From the NCBI GenBank assembly GCA_951406725.2, contig OX597835.1, positions 1,364,001 through 1,428,000 on the forward strand: 64,000 nt of DNA, in the 5' to 3' direction. A program made the position numbers and the translations under genes. The DNA is from Octopus vulgaris. Lineage: Eukaryota. Under the pieces are notes generated by a model. It saw only the letters and a list, made by a program, of their open reading frames with translations. It was not told the DNA's origin and made no database searches. Positions 23,773 to 39,034 of the stretch are shown here, piece after piece. Every line of letters starts with the position of its first letter. Position 1 is the first letter of the stretch.

Positions 23773-26700
23773 GTGTTTTTCTCATGACACCAGCACTGGT
23801 GAGATCACCATTCAGCTTACAAGAATGAAATATCCTTGAGCTGAGTGTGGGGGGGGTCTGTAGTAGAGAGGAAGGTGGCTTGATGCTATGGAGTGGGGGA
23901 GGTTTAAAGTGAGAGAGAGGAGAGGAGAACAATTCCTTTCATGTGGGGGAGCTACATGAAAAATAAACCAGGTTGGCTGAAACACATTTGGTCATAGTTC
24001 ACCCTAGACTCACCATAGGGTTAACCCTTTAGCATTTAAACTGGCCATATCCAGCCCTGATATTCAACTTGCTTTATGTTCAAACCAGCCAGATCCAGCC
24101 CATCACACCTACCCTGCAATGTCATTCTAAAAATAACAATCACATCATGAACATTTTGAAGCTACAAGATAATACATGATTAATTCAAAACTACGTGAAT
24201 AAATAAACATTCCATTCGATAGAATCTGAATGCTAAAGGGTTAAAGAAGAAGAACAACAACAACTGACGAGAATATTGTGGTGGTGGTGGTGGTGCTTAG
24301 TGGTGGAATATTGTGGTGGTGCTTAGTGGCATCCATCAATATGACCACAATTGTGACACAGCTGATGTCTTTCGTTCAAATGGCCAAAGACTCCCCCACA
24401 GGGCAAGTGAGGATCTAAACTCAGTAATTAAGAAATACTAATAAAATATCTGTTAATTGTATTGTTTCCTAATCCCTACCTAATTACAGAAGGGAAGCTG
24501 TAACTACCCATAATACCTATCAACAGAAAGATGTCTGAGGGAGCAAGAGTTAACCCTTCAGTTAGCATATTTCTATTAAAACACACTGCTTACCATCCCA
24601 TTTTGCATTCTCACTCTCTCATTCTCTTCCACTTTCTTGTTCTTGATTGCTCTCTCTCTCTCTCCCCATCTCTCCCATACTCTTGCTCTCTCTTCCTCTA
24701 ACTAGGTAATTATGTGTCTCCTCTACAGTAAGACACTTGTTTCTACCCCTTTGTCACATTCTAACTTCTCATCACCTGGCACATGGCTACCTCCTCTAAT
24801 GCCCTCCCCCTCCCCGCTTCTCAGGACCTTTGTCTTGTGAGTTACTTGGTGACACCACCAGTGTTGGTGCCACATAATAAGCATCCAGTCCACATTGTAA
24901 AGTGGATGGCATTTGGAAGAACATCCAGCTGTAACAGCCATGCCAAAATAGACCTTTGCTGGTGCTGCGTAAAAAGTCCTCAGTCCACGTTGTAAGGAGG
25001 TTGGTGTAAGGGCATGCAGCAGTAAAAACCATCCAACCCATGCCAACATGGAGAACAGATGTTAAATGATGATGATGATGATAAAGCTGGTATTTGGAAT
25101 ATAAATTAACAAATTTTGAAGGAAGGTTTTAATTCATGAAATTTCTCTGAATGAATTAGAAGCAGTCTTGAGTGCCTGGGTGTGTTGGTATCAAAAAGGT
25201 TCTTTCTATAGACATAGCCATTGCAAACCCACTTTTTTTTTTTTTTTGGCTGCAGCATCTATTACCAGTATCACCATTACCATCGTCCCTGTCTTCAATT
25301 TTTCATTTCTATGTTTTTACCTGATTAGCACAAATTAAGTTTTCCTTTCTATTCTTCTTTGCTTCAGTGAACCTTTGTTCTGATGCCGAAGACAAATTGA
25401 AAATATATCACGAAAATTTTGAGAAGGCTTATTTGGAAGCCACTGAATCATTTTACCGAGTGAAGGCACCCCAGTACTTGCAGGCTAATGGAGTACAGAA
25501 TTATATGAGATTCGCTGATGCCAAGCTCAAAGAAGAAGAATGCCGAGCCAAACGTTACCTAGAAACCGGCTGGTGTTGTCCATCAGTATCAGCAGTGAGT
25601 ACATAGCTACCTACATTCTGGAATTTACAGTCACCTGGCTTTAGCACTACTTTCAAGAGGTTTCACTTGATTATATCAATCAAACCCCGTTGTTCTGTTA
25701 AGCATTTCATGAATCTCACTTGATAATAAAATACAGATGCTAAGTAATCTGGGCTGATTACTCAGACATAAATACTGCCTGGCATTGTTGTTCAAATGCT
25801 CTGCATTGATATAAACAAGCAAAACTGTTTGGTTAAGAAGTTTGCTTTGCAGCCATGTTCTTTTAGGTTCAATCCCATTCTGTGGCACTGTTGGGCTAGT
25901 ATCTTCTGTAACAGCCCCAGGCCAACCAAAACCTTGTGTGTGAATTTGGTTGACAGAAACTATACAGGGCTTATTGTATGTCTGTGTGTATAACATTTTA
26001 AAGTCCACTTTTCCATGTTTGCATTGGTTGGAGGGAATTTTGTTGAGACAGATTTTCTATGGCCTAATGCCCTTCATGTCTCCAATCCCCATCAGTGTCC
26101 ATGCAAGGTAATACAGGGGTTGGATAAAATAATGGAAACACCTTAAAATTTCGTCATGGTGCTGTTTTTATCACAGACAGTGCCCAACTGACCCTACTAT
26201 ACTGTGTAGTCGACAAAATCAAAAACAAACAATGCACATGCATGAAATTAAAAATATAAAATGTTGACAATTTACCCATCGCACCCAGTATGTACACACA
26301 CACATGCACACTATGGGCTTCTTTCAGTTTCCATCTGCTAAATCCATCCACAAGGCTTTAGATCAACCTGAGGCTATAGCACTTGCCCAAAGTGCATACA
26401 CAGTGGGACTGAACCTAGAACCCTGTGGTTGGAAAGCAAACTTCTTACTACACAGCTATATCTGCATCTGTGTGTGTGTGTGAGTGCAACAAATAATCTG
26501 AAGAGTTCAATAGTGTTTACAACAGAAAGAAGAATTCACCGGTGTATTATTAGCTAACAGTGTTGAGCTGTCATTGTCTTTCTTATAGGAATACCCACTG
26601 GACACCTGTACAAAATATTAAACATACACCCACACACACACTCTTACAAATACAGCTGCCATTTTATTCTCATAACTCTTCTTGTTTTTCATTTCCCAGT

Positions 26701-27516
26701 TGATTGACTGCTGTGTTGAGGTATTGGTAACAGCATTTAAGGACACCATTCTCAATGAGTGTGCTGGTATGATCAAAGCCAATGAAACAGAGAGTAAGTT
26801 TACCGTTTCCTTCTAACATCACGATCCAGTAGTTCTAAGACCATTGCTAACCTGTTCATGTTATACTATAACCATCATCATTGTTTAACGTCTGCTTTCC
26901 ATGCTAGTATGGGTTGGACGATTTTGACTGAAGGCTGGCGAACCAGACGGCCACACCAGTCTCCAATATTGATCTGGCAGAGTTTTTACAGCTGGATGCC
27001 CTTCCTAATGCCAACCACTCCGAGAGTGTAGTGGGTGCTTTTTACATGCCACCGGCATGGGGGCTAGTCAGGCAACAACCTCACTCGAATCTTTTTACAC
27101 ATGCCACCGGCATGGAAGCCAGTTAGCCGCTCTGTCAACGATCACCCTCATACATTACAGTATATTGCATTTATATATTTATATTTCATGCACCTCACCT
27201 TCCTGTCATTCTATCATCATCAACAACGACTTCCATTTTTCCATGATCGCTTTGGTTGGATGGAGTTTATTCTACGACCAGATGCCTCTCCTGTTACCAA
27301 AGCTCACCCGTTTCCCAAGCAAGGTGATATTTTCCCATGGCCAGACATGTTTTCACAAAATATCAGAAATGAATGACACTGCTCATCTAACAGTGACACT
27401 CATTTACAACTGCCATGAAATGTCAAGACAGGGAGACGTATACATACACACACACTCACAACCACATACAAGCAAACACACACGTATACATACATGTATT
27501 TGTGTGTATGTGTATG

Positions 27517-27564
<48 letters not shown>

Positions 27565-30500
27565 GCTTCTTTTAGTTTCCCTCAAGAAAAAATCCACCCA
27601 CAAGGCTTTTAGTGAACCTGAGGCTATAGCAGAAAAAGGCACTTGCTCAAGGTGCCATGCAGTAGGACTGAACTCAGAACCATGTGATTAGGAAGCAAAC
27701 TTCTTACCACATGCCCACATTTATCTTTTCTCTTTTACTTCTTTCAGTCATTGGACTGCAGCCATACTAGAGCACTGCCTTGAAGGGTTTTTAGTTGAAT
27801 AGATCATCACCATCCTTCTTTCCATTTTATAAAATGTCAAATTTTCATTCTATCTCATAATGCTAAACATAAATACTATTACAATTTTTTTTCCATTTTG
27901 TCCTTCAGAATTACGTTTGATGTTCAGCCTTATGGATAGGGTTGTGGATGGAATTGCTCCAATGTTACATGATCTTGAAGCTCATATAGTCAGCCAAGGT
28001 TTAGCAGATATGATGTCGGCTGCCAGAACTATCACCACTGTAAGTACATTTCTGTTTCTCACTTCTGTTTCTCACTTCTGTATTGAACAACTTTGGTGTG
28101 TGGTCTATTGGTTAAAATGTTGGCCTCAATTGAAAAGTTGAGGGTTCAATTCCTGGACTGGCCTTGCATTGGATCTTAAGCAAGGAACGTCATTTCACCT
28201 TGCTTTAGTTTACTAAGCTGAAAACCAGTACCAACCGATTGTTGGAGAGAGTGGAAGGGCCTAGAGGTTGTCAGTGTCTGCTCACAACTTAACAGATACC
28301 TAAAACAAGGTCACAAGGTCATACTTGCTTGTGTGTAAAGCTATTTTGGGTTCATCTTTGTCATGGTCATCATTTTAACTTCCACTTTTCCATGCTTACA
28401 TATGTCGGATAGAATTTGTTGAGGTGGTCATTTTCTATGACCATATACCCTTCCTGTTGCCAACCTTCACCTGTTTTCAATCTATGTTAATATTTCTTCA
28501 TTGTCAAGCATTAGGGGATGACACTCCAGCTTTACCAACATTGTAAAGGTGGGCAGCTGAAGTTTGGAAGGGGACAGGGAGTCTTAAAAGATGACCCACC
28601 CAATGTCTGAATGTTCTGCAACTACCACTGCCAAGGAAAACATTGATCATGTTCACCTCACAGTGATGCATGACAGGTGATTGACTATAATTCAAATAGT
28701 CAATGCTATTAGAATTATCCTGTGAGAGAGTTGAGAATATTCTACACAATGAACTTGGCATGACATCTGATTAAAAGCGCACCAGGTTGATCACACCACA
28801 GGAAAATCTGACCTTGAGGTAGATCCAGCTGGTTTCCTTGGATGGTCCTTAACCTAGGATGAGTGTGGGGTTCATCACTTTGAGTCAAAGACAAAGCGAC
28901 AACCCATGCAGTGGAAACACCCCTCCTTACTTACTCTCCCCCAAAAAAAACTGAGGTCATTTCGTCTGCAGTTAAGGTGATGGCTTTAGTTTTTTGGGAT
29001 GCAAGAAGCATTGTGTTTATTAACTATCTTCAGAAAGTCCACACCATCAATGGAGTGCTCTATGCCAACTTACTATCGAGACCAAAAACCCAGGACAACT
29101 GACAAAAGGGGTCTTGTTTCATCAGTTACATGCTCCAGCACACAAGTCTTTTGTTTCGATGGCTGCCATGTGTCTGTGACTTTGAACCAGTTGGTCGCCC
29201 TCCCTATTCTCCTGCTTTGGCCCCATCTGTTTCTCAGCATGAAAAAAACACTTAACTGGCAACCAGTATTGCAGTGAGGATGACGTCATGTCTGTTGTTG
29301 ATGACTTTTTTGACCAACAGGATGAAAGCAGCTTCTTCACCAATGGGATCCAAATACTGCGACACTGATGGAAGTGTGTAGACTGCAATTGGGAGGAGAA
29401 AAGGGCTGTGAGAAAATAAACCTCATTTGGTTGCATTTCATGATAATATCTTGGTCAGCCAAAGGATTATATACAAATTTTATGATTTTATTGTATCTTT
29501 ATATGTGTTTATTATATTTTGTATTCTGAACAATGTGCATTTTCATAAAAAAAAATTTTTTTTTATAGGATTCTGAGAAATATGTTGAACAACTTTTGGA
29601 ACTTTTCAACCGATTTAGTAAATTAGTCAAAGATGCCTTTCTAGATGATCCCCGTTTTCTTACTTCTCGAGACAAAGTAAGTTTGCTACTTGCCAATACA
29701 TTTAATTTAATATTCTCTTCTTTGGACTTTGTTGAAGGGCAATGATGCTCTTATCAACAGTTCCGTATCAGTTGAATAATGAGGTCCTTTAAAGTTGTTT
29801 TCCTTGTGCCTAAATGTGAAACCATTATATTCTCTTAGTAATATTCTTCTTTTTTTTTTTTCATGTTTTAGGCCTACAAAAGTGTTGTTAATGATATATC
29901 TGTGTTTAAACTAGAATTACCAAGTAAATCAAAGGGGTAAGTTTTTTTTTCTTTTTACTTCAAAATTTTCATTGTCTTTTTGTGTGTGTAAGCTAAACAA
30001 CTAATCTCAAAGTGAAGATCTAAATTTCAATTGGAAATTAGCGATTTTTTTTTAGTAAACCAAAAATTTTGATTGAAATTTTACCTTTGCCTCAGAGATA
30101 GTTACATTAGGTTATCAATTCTGGGTAAGAACTCTTAATATAAATTTATTAAAAGTAGAATGTGAGCAAAGGAGTGTGGCGTGGGTTTGATCTAGTCCAT
30201 ATTTTCCTCATTGCAGAATGAATGTGAAGACACAGCCCGAGTCACGCTGTCCAGAACTGCTTGCTAATTACTGTGATATGTTGCTCAGGAAAACATCTCT
30301 GAGTAAGAAACTTACTCCAGAGGAAGTGGAAAAGAAATTAAAAGATGTTGTAAGTAGAACAAGTTTCAGTTAATAATTTTATATTTTAAAAAATTTTCTT
30401 GTGATGTGATATATCAATGGTTCTCAGCTAGGGTTCATATGAGTCCTTGGAGTCCATATAAGATTTTTGGGAGTCCGTAATAGTATTTTATGGGGTCATG

Positions 30501-33500
30501 AAAAGTTTTGATTCAAATGTATGTGTTGCAAGAAACAGCTAGGTTTGTTTCTCTCTGACATTTTACACAGTTCAACCTTCACGAGTGACTGAATGAATAA
30601 GAAAATAGGAATTTTGAAAGAAGTATCTATAAAATTCCTTTTTAAATATGGTGGGAGTCCACCAGAATAAAATTGTAATCAAAGGGGTCCATAGATGAAA
30701 AATGGTTTTGAGAACCACTGATTTATGTCATGGATGTAATTTTGCATCATCACCGTTGTTTTAATGTTCACTTTTCCATGCTTGCATGGGTCAGACAGAC
30801 TTTGTTCAGGCAAATCTTCTAAAGCAGGATGTATTTTTCTGTCGCCAGCCTCCACTTTTTATATGAATGTGTGTGTTATTTAATAAATGCAATATATATT
30901 TTTATCAGCTAGTAATACTTTTAGGTGATGAAAACAACTCTGACAGCATACAGTCCTCAGGCTCTGTCCACATGGCATAACAAGCTAAAACAGGTTGATA
31001 GAATAAGAGGAAGTATGAGAAAAGGCGAGAAGAAAGTAGATGCAAAAAGTGGAAGGTTTGAAAAATACGTAAAAGAAAAATGTGGGTGGGGAGGATTAGA
31101 GTTATGTCCCCTTGGGCCATAAAGTCATATGGTTGAATAGATAGAGGCCTAGAGTCTGTGATACAGCTGCTCAGTTTGGTTGATATTTTCCAATTCGCTA
31201 ACAGGAACTTACCCATATGTTTGCATTTACTGGAAGTTTCAGATCTAAAATTCTGCTGTGCAGTGGAGTTCTTAGATTTAAAAAGGATCTGTGATCTTTT
31301 AGCTATGCATAGCTTACATTTTTTTTGATCTGTTGACATATGATATGGATATTTCAACTATTTTCCAGTTGATTGTATGTGGTTATCAAAGCGATTTTTG
31401 AAGTTGCCTTCACATAACCTAATGTAGCTCTTCTTTTCAGTTATGTTATCATCTAGTGTTACTGTAATTTGTCTCGTGTATTACAGATTTAATCATGTAC
31501 CCCTAGTGTGGTGGACAGGTTCCTGGGTCTCAACAGTTACAACTGGGAGTAGGCTGTTGGTGTTGTTTGTGCGTAATGATGCTCTTCATATTAGGACAAC
31601 AGCTCTATGATAATTTGATTGAGCACCTGTTAAATACCGTTTGGTACTTGTGATTTATGGGAAATCATGTTATAAGATGCTACCTGAATTGTTTTCATTG
31701 CATGAAACTACTAGTAGCTCATAAAAATTTAAACTGTGTTTATTAAATAATACTTATCTCTCACCAGATGTAGTACCTTTTTTGTTGATCTTACCTTCTT
31801 GGTACAGTATACTATACTATATGTATATCATCATCATTCTTTAATATCCACCTTCCATGCTACCATGGGTTGGACAGTTTGACAGGCTCCAACAAGCCAG
31901 AAGATTTTTGAGCTTAGTGTCTGTTTTGGCAGAGTTTCTATGGCCAGATGCCATTCCTGTGTGTGTGTGTATAAACTATATCTATTATTTTCTATCTTTC
32001 AGTTACTTGTTTTGAAATACGTTCAAAATAAGGATGTCTTCATGAGGTATCATAAAGCCCATCTCACACGTCGTCTTATCTTGGATACATCAGCTGATAA
32101 TGAGAAAGAAGAAAATATGGTTGAATGGCTGAGAGTAAGTTTAACTTATTCAAATACTCACTATCTGTGTGTGTGTGTATGTAACGACCTAATTATCTAA
32201 ATCTTAAATTAAATTACATCATGAAGTAGTTACAGATATATCTGGTTCCCAAACATGGAACTAAACTCAAAAAATGTTGTAACATGAAAAACATTTAAAA
32301 AACTTTATTAGTTTATATGTTTTAATAAATGGTTTGTATATATTTCCACCAGTATTTTATTTGATTTTCCACTCAGAGTTAGTGTTTAAGGTGTTTTATT
32401 TATTTTTTTCTTCTTTTTCAACTTTTATGCTTTTCAATGTTTGTTGAGACTGATATCAAGTTGGAGAAATCAACTGAAGTTAAGGTTTATTTTTTTCCTT
32501 TAATTTCTTTAATGGAAAAAAATAAAACCTGAATCAGAAGCCATCATCATCATCTCTCTCTTTTTTTTAATTTTTTTTTTTTTTTTGTCATTTCTTAGGA
32601 GGTTGGTATGCCTGCAGATTATGTAAATAAACTAGCCAGAATGTTCCAAGATATCCAAGTCAGTGAAGATCTGAATCAAGAATTCAAAGAAGTCTTTCGA
32701 AACAATAATAATGATGCATTGGCAGGTGAGAAAAAGTGAAATTGAAAATTTTTTAAGCATTATAGGCACAGGCATGGCTTCCCAACCATATGGTTCTGGG
32801 TTCAGTCCCAGCATGTGGCACCTTGGGCAAGTGTCTTCTACTATAGCATTGGGCCTAATCAAAGCTTTGTGAGTGGAATTGTCCCCCCCCCCAATCTCTT
32901 GACAACTGGTGTTGGAGTGTTTACGTCCCTGTAACTTAGAGATTTGGTTTTGAAAAAAGAGACTGATAATATAAGTACGTGGCTTTAAAAAAATTCTTCA
33001 AGATGGTGCCCAAGCATGGCCACAATCTAATGCCTGAAACAAGTAAAAGATAAAAGATTCTTTCACTTTCTTTCTTTCCATTATCATCATTTTGTGTCTA
33101 CTTTCACATTGGCTTGGGTTGGGTGGTTCAGACAACAGTGTCTTACTCCAATGTCTCAGTTTTCTACAGTGGCTTGGGTGCATTTTTCCATGGCACCAGC
33201 ACTGGTGCAAAACGAAACCATCATACTGAAAGAAGAAGTGAGCAATAGTATTAGGGGACAATTATTTTAAGTGAACTATGATGAGAGGAACAGAGTTACT
33301 GTTGTGAGGATGTGATAGTGGGGAAGAGAGAATGAGAGAGATAGGGACACTGTAGAAGAGTGATAGGGTAAGGTGAAGAGGGATGATCTAGTGCTACACC
33401 TTGTTAAGCTATGTTATTTAGAATTATGTCTATTTATAACAATAACCTGTGTCATATATCATGTAGGTAGGAAAATTTTAATAGTTTCTTGTATTGTGTA

Positions 33501-33705
33501 GATGGATACATACAAGGATAAATTATAAAATGGATGGGCCTTTTTTTAACATGCATGGGTGTGTGGTAAAAAGCCTGCTTTCCAACCACATGGTTCCAGG
33601 TTTAGCCCTCTGCATGGCACCTTGGGCAAGTGTCTTCTACTATACCCTTGGGCCAACCAAAGCCTTGTGAGTGGATTTGGTAGACAGAAGCTGAAAGAAG
33701 CCCAT

Positions 33706-33739
<34 letters not shown>

Positions 33740-36700
33740 AATAAAAAGGGTTTTGTATGATTGTGTATAGAGGGATATATATTATTCAAAGGAATTCCAA
33801 CTCTGTTTTTTATGTTTTATTTATATTCTTTATAATATTAATGTAGAATATAGAATATATAGTATAAATAATATATATATAGTAAAATGAAATGAAGTAT
33901 TGATTGTCTTATTGAATAGATGAAATATTGAATATCAAATATTAAGGGAATAGTATACTTTCTTGCATTTAAGCAGTTTTTAAGGTCCCAGGTTGTGACA
34001 GGAATATATATATATAAAATCTCTCTGTGTTTGTTTCCCACCACTGCTTGACAACCAGTGTTGGTGTGTTTATGATCCTGTAAAAGAGACTGATAGATTA
34101 AGCACCAGGTTTAAAAATAAAATGAGTACTGGGGTTAATTAGTTTGACTAAAATTCCTCAATGTGGTGCCCCAGCATGACCACAGTCTAATGATTGAAAC
34201 AAGTAAAAAAAAAAAGATAAAAGATTTAGTATGATATAGAAACAAAGGTATGTCAGCTTGATTTAATTTCCAATTCCAGCTGTTCCCATACTCAGCCATT
34301 CCACTGTTTTCTGAAATTAGGGCTCATCTTTTATTGAGGGACAATACTGAATAAGATAAATACATTTTTATCATAATAACTCTGTGGAAAGAAGTTTGCC
34401 TAATGATATTAATTTGTCTGTATAAACCTTAAATATTTCATTACTGACTTACCTGAGATCATCGTTGGTTCTATGATACAAACTTCTCAATTTAAAGAAA
34501 TCTAGATTTTAAAAGATATTGGGGTAATGACTCTCCCTAGACACAACAAAACTAGATTTAAAACTTCAGGTTAATTTATGGTCCAAACACCAGATTAATT
34601 ATAAGGAAAGATTTTTTTAAAGTTCTTCATTAATTTTGAAATTAACTGAAACAAAAGCAGTTTCTATTTCTACTAAAATATGGTAACAAAGGGGTTAAGC
34701 TACATTCATGGGATTTTTTCAGTAGACTTTCTAATTAATTTCCAATTTTTTAGAGAGTGAGAATTGATTAGATTAGATTATGAGAAATGCCCTTTCTGCA
34801 CTGACTGCATGAAAATATATCTATTAATTATCTGAAGGACATTGAGACCTTAATTTAACCCTTTTAGCTTTCTGCCCTTTTTTTGATGATCTTGGTAAAA
34901 GCACTACTGCAAAATGGTAAAAAACCCAAAAACTATAGAAAATAAGGTGCAATTCAAATAACTGTAGCTTGGAAGCTCTATTAGCTCCAGAATGAATCCA
35001 TGGTTGCACATCACCATTGTCAGTATTATCACTGCTGTCATTCTCACTTTGATCTCATCTTGGCTCTTCAGAAGGTTTTATATCTTTGCTGCTGCTCCCA
35101 CTTTCATCAGTACCATGATGTTTATAACATTTTATACTTTTCATTTTTAGATGCTATCAATATAAAAATTTTGAATGCTGGTGCCTGGGCTAGAACTAGT
35201 GATCGTATATCAGTAACACTACCAATGGAACTAGAAGACTACATCCCACAAGTCGAAGAATTTTACAGACAGAAACATAATGGACGCAAACTACAGTGGC
35301 ACCATCTAATGTCCAATGGTGTGGTGAGTAATTGTACCAAAGACTTGTTGTTTTTTTATGCTACAGCTCCATGCTAATGAAATAATTATTGAAACAATGA
35401 AAATTGAATTAACACAAGTTTGGACCACCTGTGTTTGGGCAGGTGTAATTTTATACCATCAGTACCTACATTGAGAAGTTTTGTCTGGTAATCCTGTAAA
35501 TGTGGTTTCTAAAGAATTTTCTGAAGAACATTGCTCTGCAAATGTTTTCTATTGTCTTTTTTCACAGACCTATTAACCTTTTTTCTCTATGGCTCAGTCT
35601 GTCAGCTGAAACATGTAGAGTTAAGGTGGATCCTTCCATGAAACATGTAGAATTAAGTTCCCTGCTCTGATTAGAATAAACTCGCTAATTTGAACTTACA
35701 ATGCTTCTATTATTACTACTTCTACTACAAATTCCATCATTTTGACTTCTCCTTTCATCCTCCATAGAATAAGTACCAGTTGTAATTGACTCGTCCCATC
35801 CCACACAATTTGAGGTCTTCTGCCTATATTAGAAAGGATTATTAAAGCAATTAGCTGATTGGATCATTAATGTAGGACAAAGTGTTTGGCAACATTTCTT
35901 CCAGCTCATTACATTCTGGGCTCAAATTCCACCAAATCTGACTTTGCATTTCATCCTTTTTGGGGTTGATGCAATAAGTGCGAGTCAAGTACTGGGGTTG
36001 AGGTAATCGATTATCCCTCTCCAATCAAAATTCAAACCTTGTGCCCAGAGCAGAATGCATTATTATTATTAATAGTAGTAGTAGTAGAAGTAGTAGTTGT
36101 CGTCATAGTAGTAGTAGTAGTAGTAGTAAAAAAGTGGTAAGTTGGCAGAATTGCTAGCACACCAGGAAAAATGCCTAGCAGCATTTCATGTGTCTTCAGG
36201 TTCTTGGTTCAAATTCTGCTGAGGTCGACTTTGCCCTTTGTTCTTTCGGGGGTGATAAAATAGGTACCAGTTGGACCCTGGAGTCAGTGTAATTGACTTA
36301 TCCCCTCCAGCCAAATTTCAGGCCTTGTGCCTTTAGTAGAAAGAATTATTATTATTATTATTATTATTAAGGCAGCAAGCTGGCAAGATCATTAATTAGC
36401 ATGCTGGACAAAATGCTCAGTGATGTTTCTTCTAGCTTTACATTCTGAGTTCAATTTCTGTCAAGGTTAATTTTGCTGTTCTTCCTTTGGAGGTTGTTAA
36501 GATAAGTACCAGTCACTGTGGTCAATGTGATTGACTAGCCCCCCCCCCCCCCAAATTTCAGGCCTTGTGCTGATAGTAGAAAGGATTGTTATTGCCTGTA
36601 TTTGGGATGGTGGGCTGGCAGAATTGTTAGGACACTGGGAAAAATGCTTATCAGCATATCGTCCTATTTTACATTCTGAGTTAAAATTCTGCCCAGGTTG

Positions 36701-37390
36701 ACTTTGCCTTTCTTCCTTTTGAAGTTGATAAAATAAGTACCAGTTGAGTACTGGGCTCAATGTAATTGACTTAATCCATCCCCAAAATTACTGGCCTTGT
36801 GCCAAAAATTTTAAACTGTGTTGAAAAGGTCTGCTAAAGGAAAAATTCTGTATAACTTTATATTTCTATAAAATTCTGTACTTTTTGTTGTTAAACTTTA
36901 TTTTAAAAATTCATAGACATGTTTTTATTAATTAAAAGAATTAAAACCCTTTTCAGAACTTGTTAAAATATTTCAGTGTTTCTACTTGTATGAAAGAGAT
37001 ATTTTCATCCATTCTGCTGTTTTTCCCTCTCATTCTATCTGCCTGTTTTTACATTTATTTTGGCAGATAACCTTTTGTAACGATTTTGGTCGCTTTGATT
37101 TAGAAGTGACAACCTTCCAAATGGGTGTTTTGTTTGCTTGGAATCAAAGGCCAAAGGATAAGATCTCATATGAAAGTTTACGGTTAGCAACTGAACTACC
37201 CGATTCAGAACTACGAAGAACTCTTTCGGTAAGTGATCTTTTGTTGTTTTTTCAGGCATGCATGTATGCACAGGTATGGCTGTGTAGGCATCTTGAGTAA
37301 GTATTTTGTATTTATATAGATCTGCACAGATGAAAGCCTTGTGAATGAGTTTTGTAGTTGGAAGCTAAAAGTAGCCTGTCATATATATGA

Positions 37391-37423
<33 letters not shown>

Positions 37424-39002
37424 CTGGCACTCCGTTGCTTACAATGAGAGTTCCATGTGATCGGATTGGCAGGATAGCTTTCTTGTGAAATTAGCTTGCA
37501 AGTGGCTGAGCATTCTGGCATGGATTGGACAGTTTGACTGGGAATGGTAAGTTGAAGAACTGTACCAGGCTCCAGTTTGATTGGCTTGGTTTCTATGGCT
37601 GGCTGCCCTTTCCAATACCAACCACTTCAATAGTCTAGTGAGTGCCTCTTAAATGTCACTGGCATGGTTGGCTTGACGTGTCTTCTGAAGCACAGCAAAT
37701 CACCAAAGGTTTCAAGCACTTGTCACCACCTCCATCAGACTCATCATCCGAAGGTCATGCTTTACCACCTCATCCCATGTCTTCCTGGGTCTACTTTTTC
37801 TGTAGGTTCCCTCCACTTCTTCACACAGCTATCCTTGTCCATATGCATTAAATGACCATATCAGTGCAGTCTTCTCTCTCTTGCACACCACATCTGATGT
37901 TTCTTCTGCCCAATTTTTCTCTCAAGACGTTTTTTTTTTATATTTGATCTTGAATTTCAAATGTTTTTCAATCAATCTTACAAGTAAATTTTTAATTGTC
38001 TTCCATCTTTTCCTTTCAGTCTTTTGTTGCATTTCCCAAATTGAAAAAACAAGTTCTTTTATGTGAACCTGAAGCCAAATCTCCAAAGGATTTTGAAGAC
38101 AGCACTCAGTTCTGGATTAATCAAAAGTTTGCTTTAATGTAAGATTTAGTAGCTTGGTGTTTTTCTTAAATGTCAATTTGAATTAAGCAATAGTCGCTAC
38201 CCTACAATAAGAACATCATCAATATAATGCACTTAACATGTGTTGTTTAACCCTTTACCATTTAAACCAGCCATTTCAGGCCCAAGGGAAGGCACGTGAC
38301 TTAGTGGTTAGGGCATTCAGCTCACAATTGTAAGGTTGTGAGCTCAATTCCCGGCGACACTTTATTTCACGTTGCTCCAGTCCACTCAGCTGGCAAAGAT
38401 GAGTTGTACCTGTATTTCAAAGGGCCGGCCTTGTTACACTCTTCAATGCCATTCTAAAACTATACATTCACATCATCAAAACTTCAAAGCTATGAGATGA
38501 TACATGATTATACATAGAGATTTGGTTACCATTTCTAGCAAGTTGAGTTATAATATAGAAACTTCTTTGCTCATTTGTAATTCAGTTAGGTTTAAAACTA
38601 TGAGGAGGAGGAGTCTGTAAATAAAGGTCACAGCCTCTATTTATATACAAATATATAGTCCATTGCAGTACTTTGTTAGCAGCTAAAACAATACGAATAA
38701 ATATGCTCTCAATTGCTGTTCAAGACATAGGGGTTCCTCTCCCTGATTTTCCCTGTCTTTGTATTTTCCGTAGTAAAAATGGAAGGCCACAGAAAAGAGG
38801 TCGTATCAACCTGGTGGGCCGGTTGCAATTATCCACAGAGAAGAGTAAGGAGGAAGACAATGAAAGCATCATGCAGCTTAGGATTTTGCGTGTCCAGGTT
38901 TGTCTGAATCATTATCACTTTGTTATTAACTGTAGCCCCTTAGATACCAATCCACTTGAAACTGCCCTCGGTTCTATGATACAAACTTCCCATTTGTATA
39001 TA

Positions 39003-39034
<32 letters not shown>

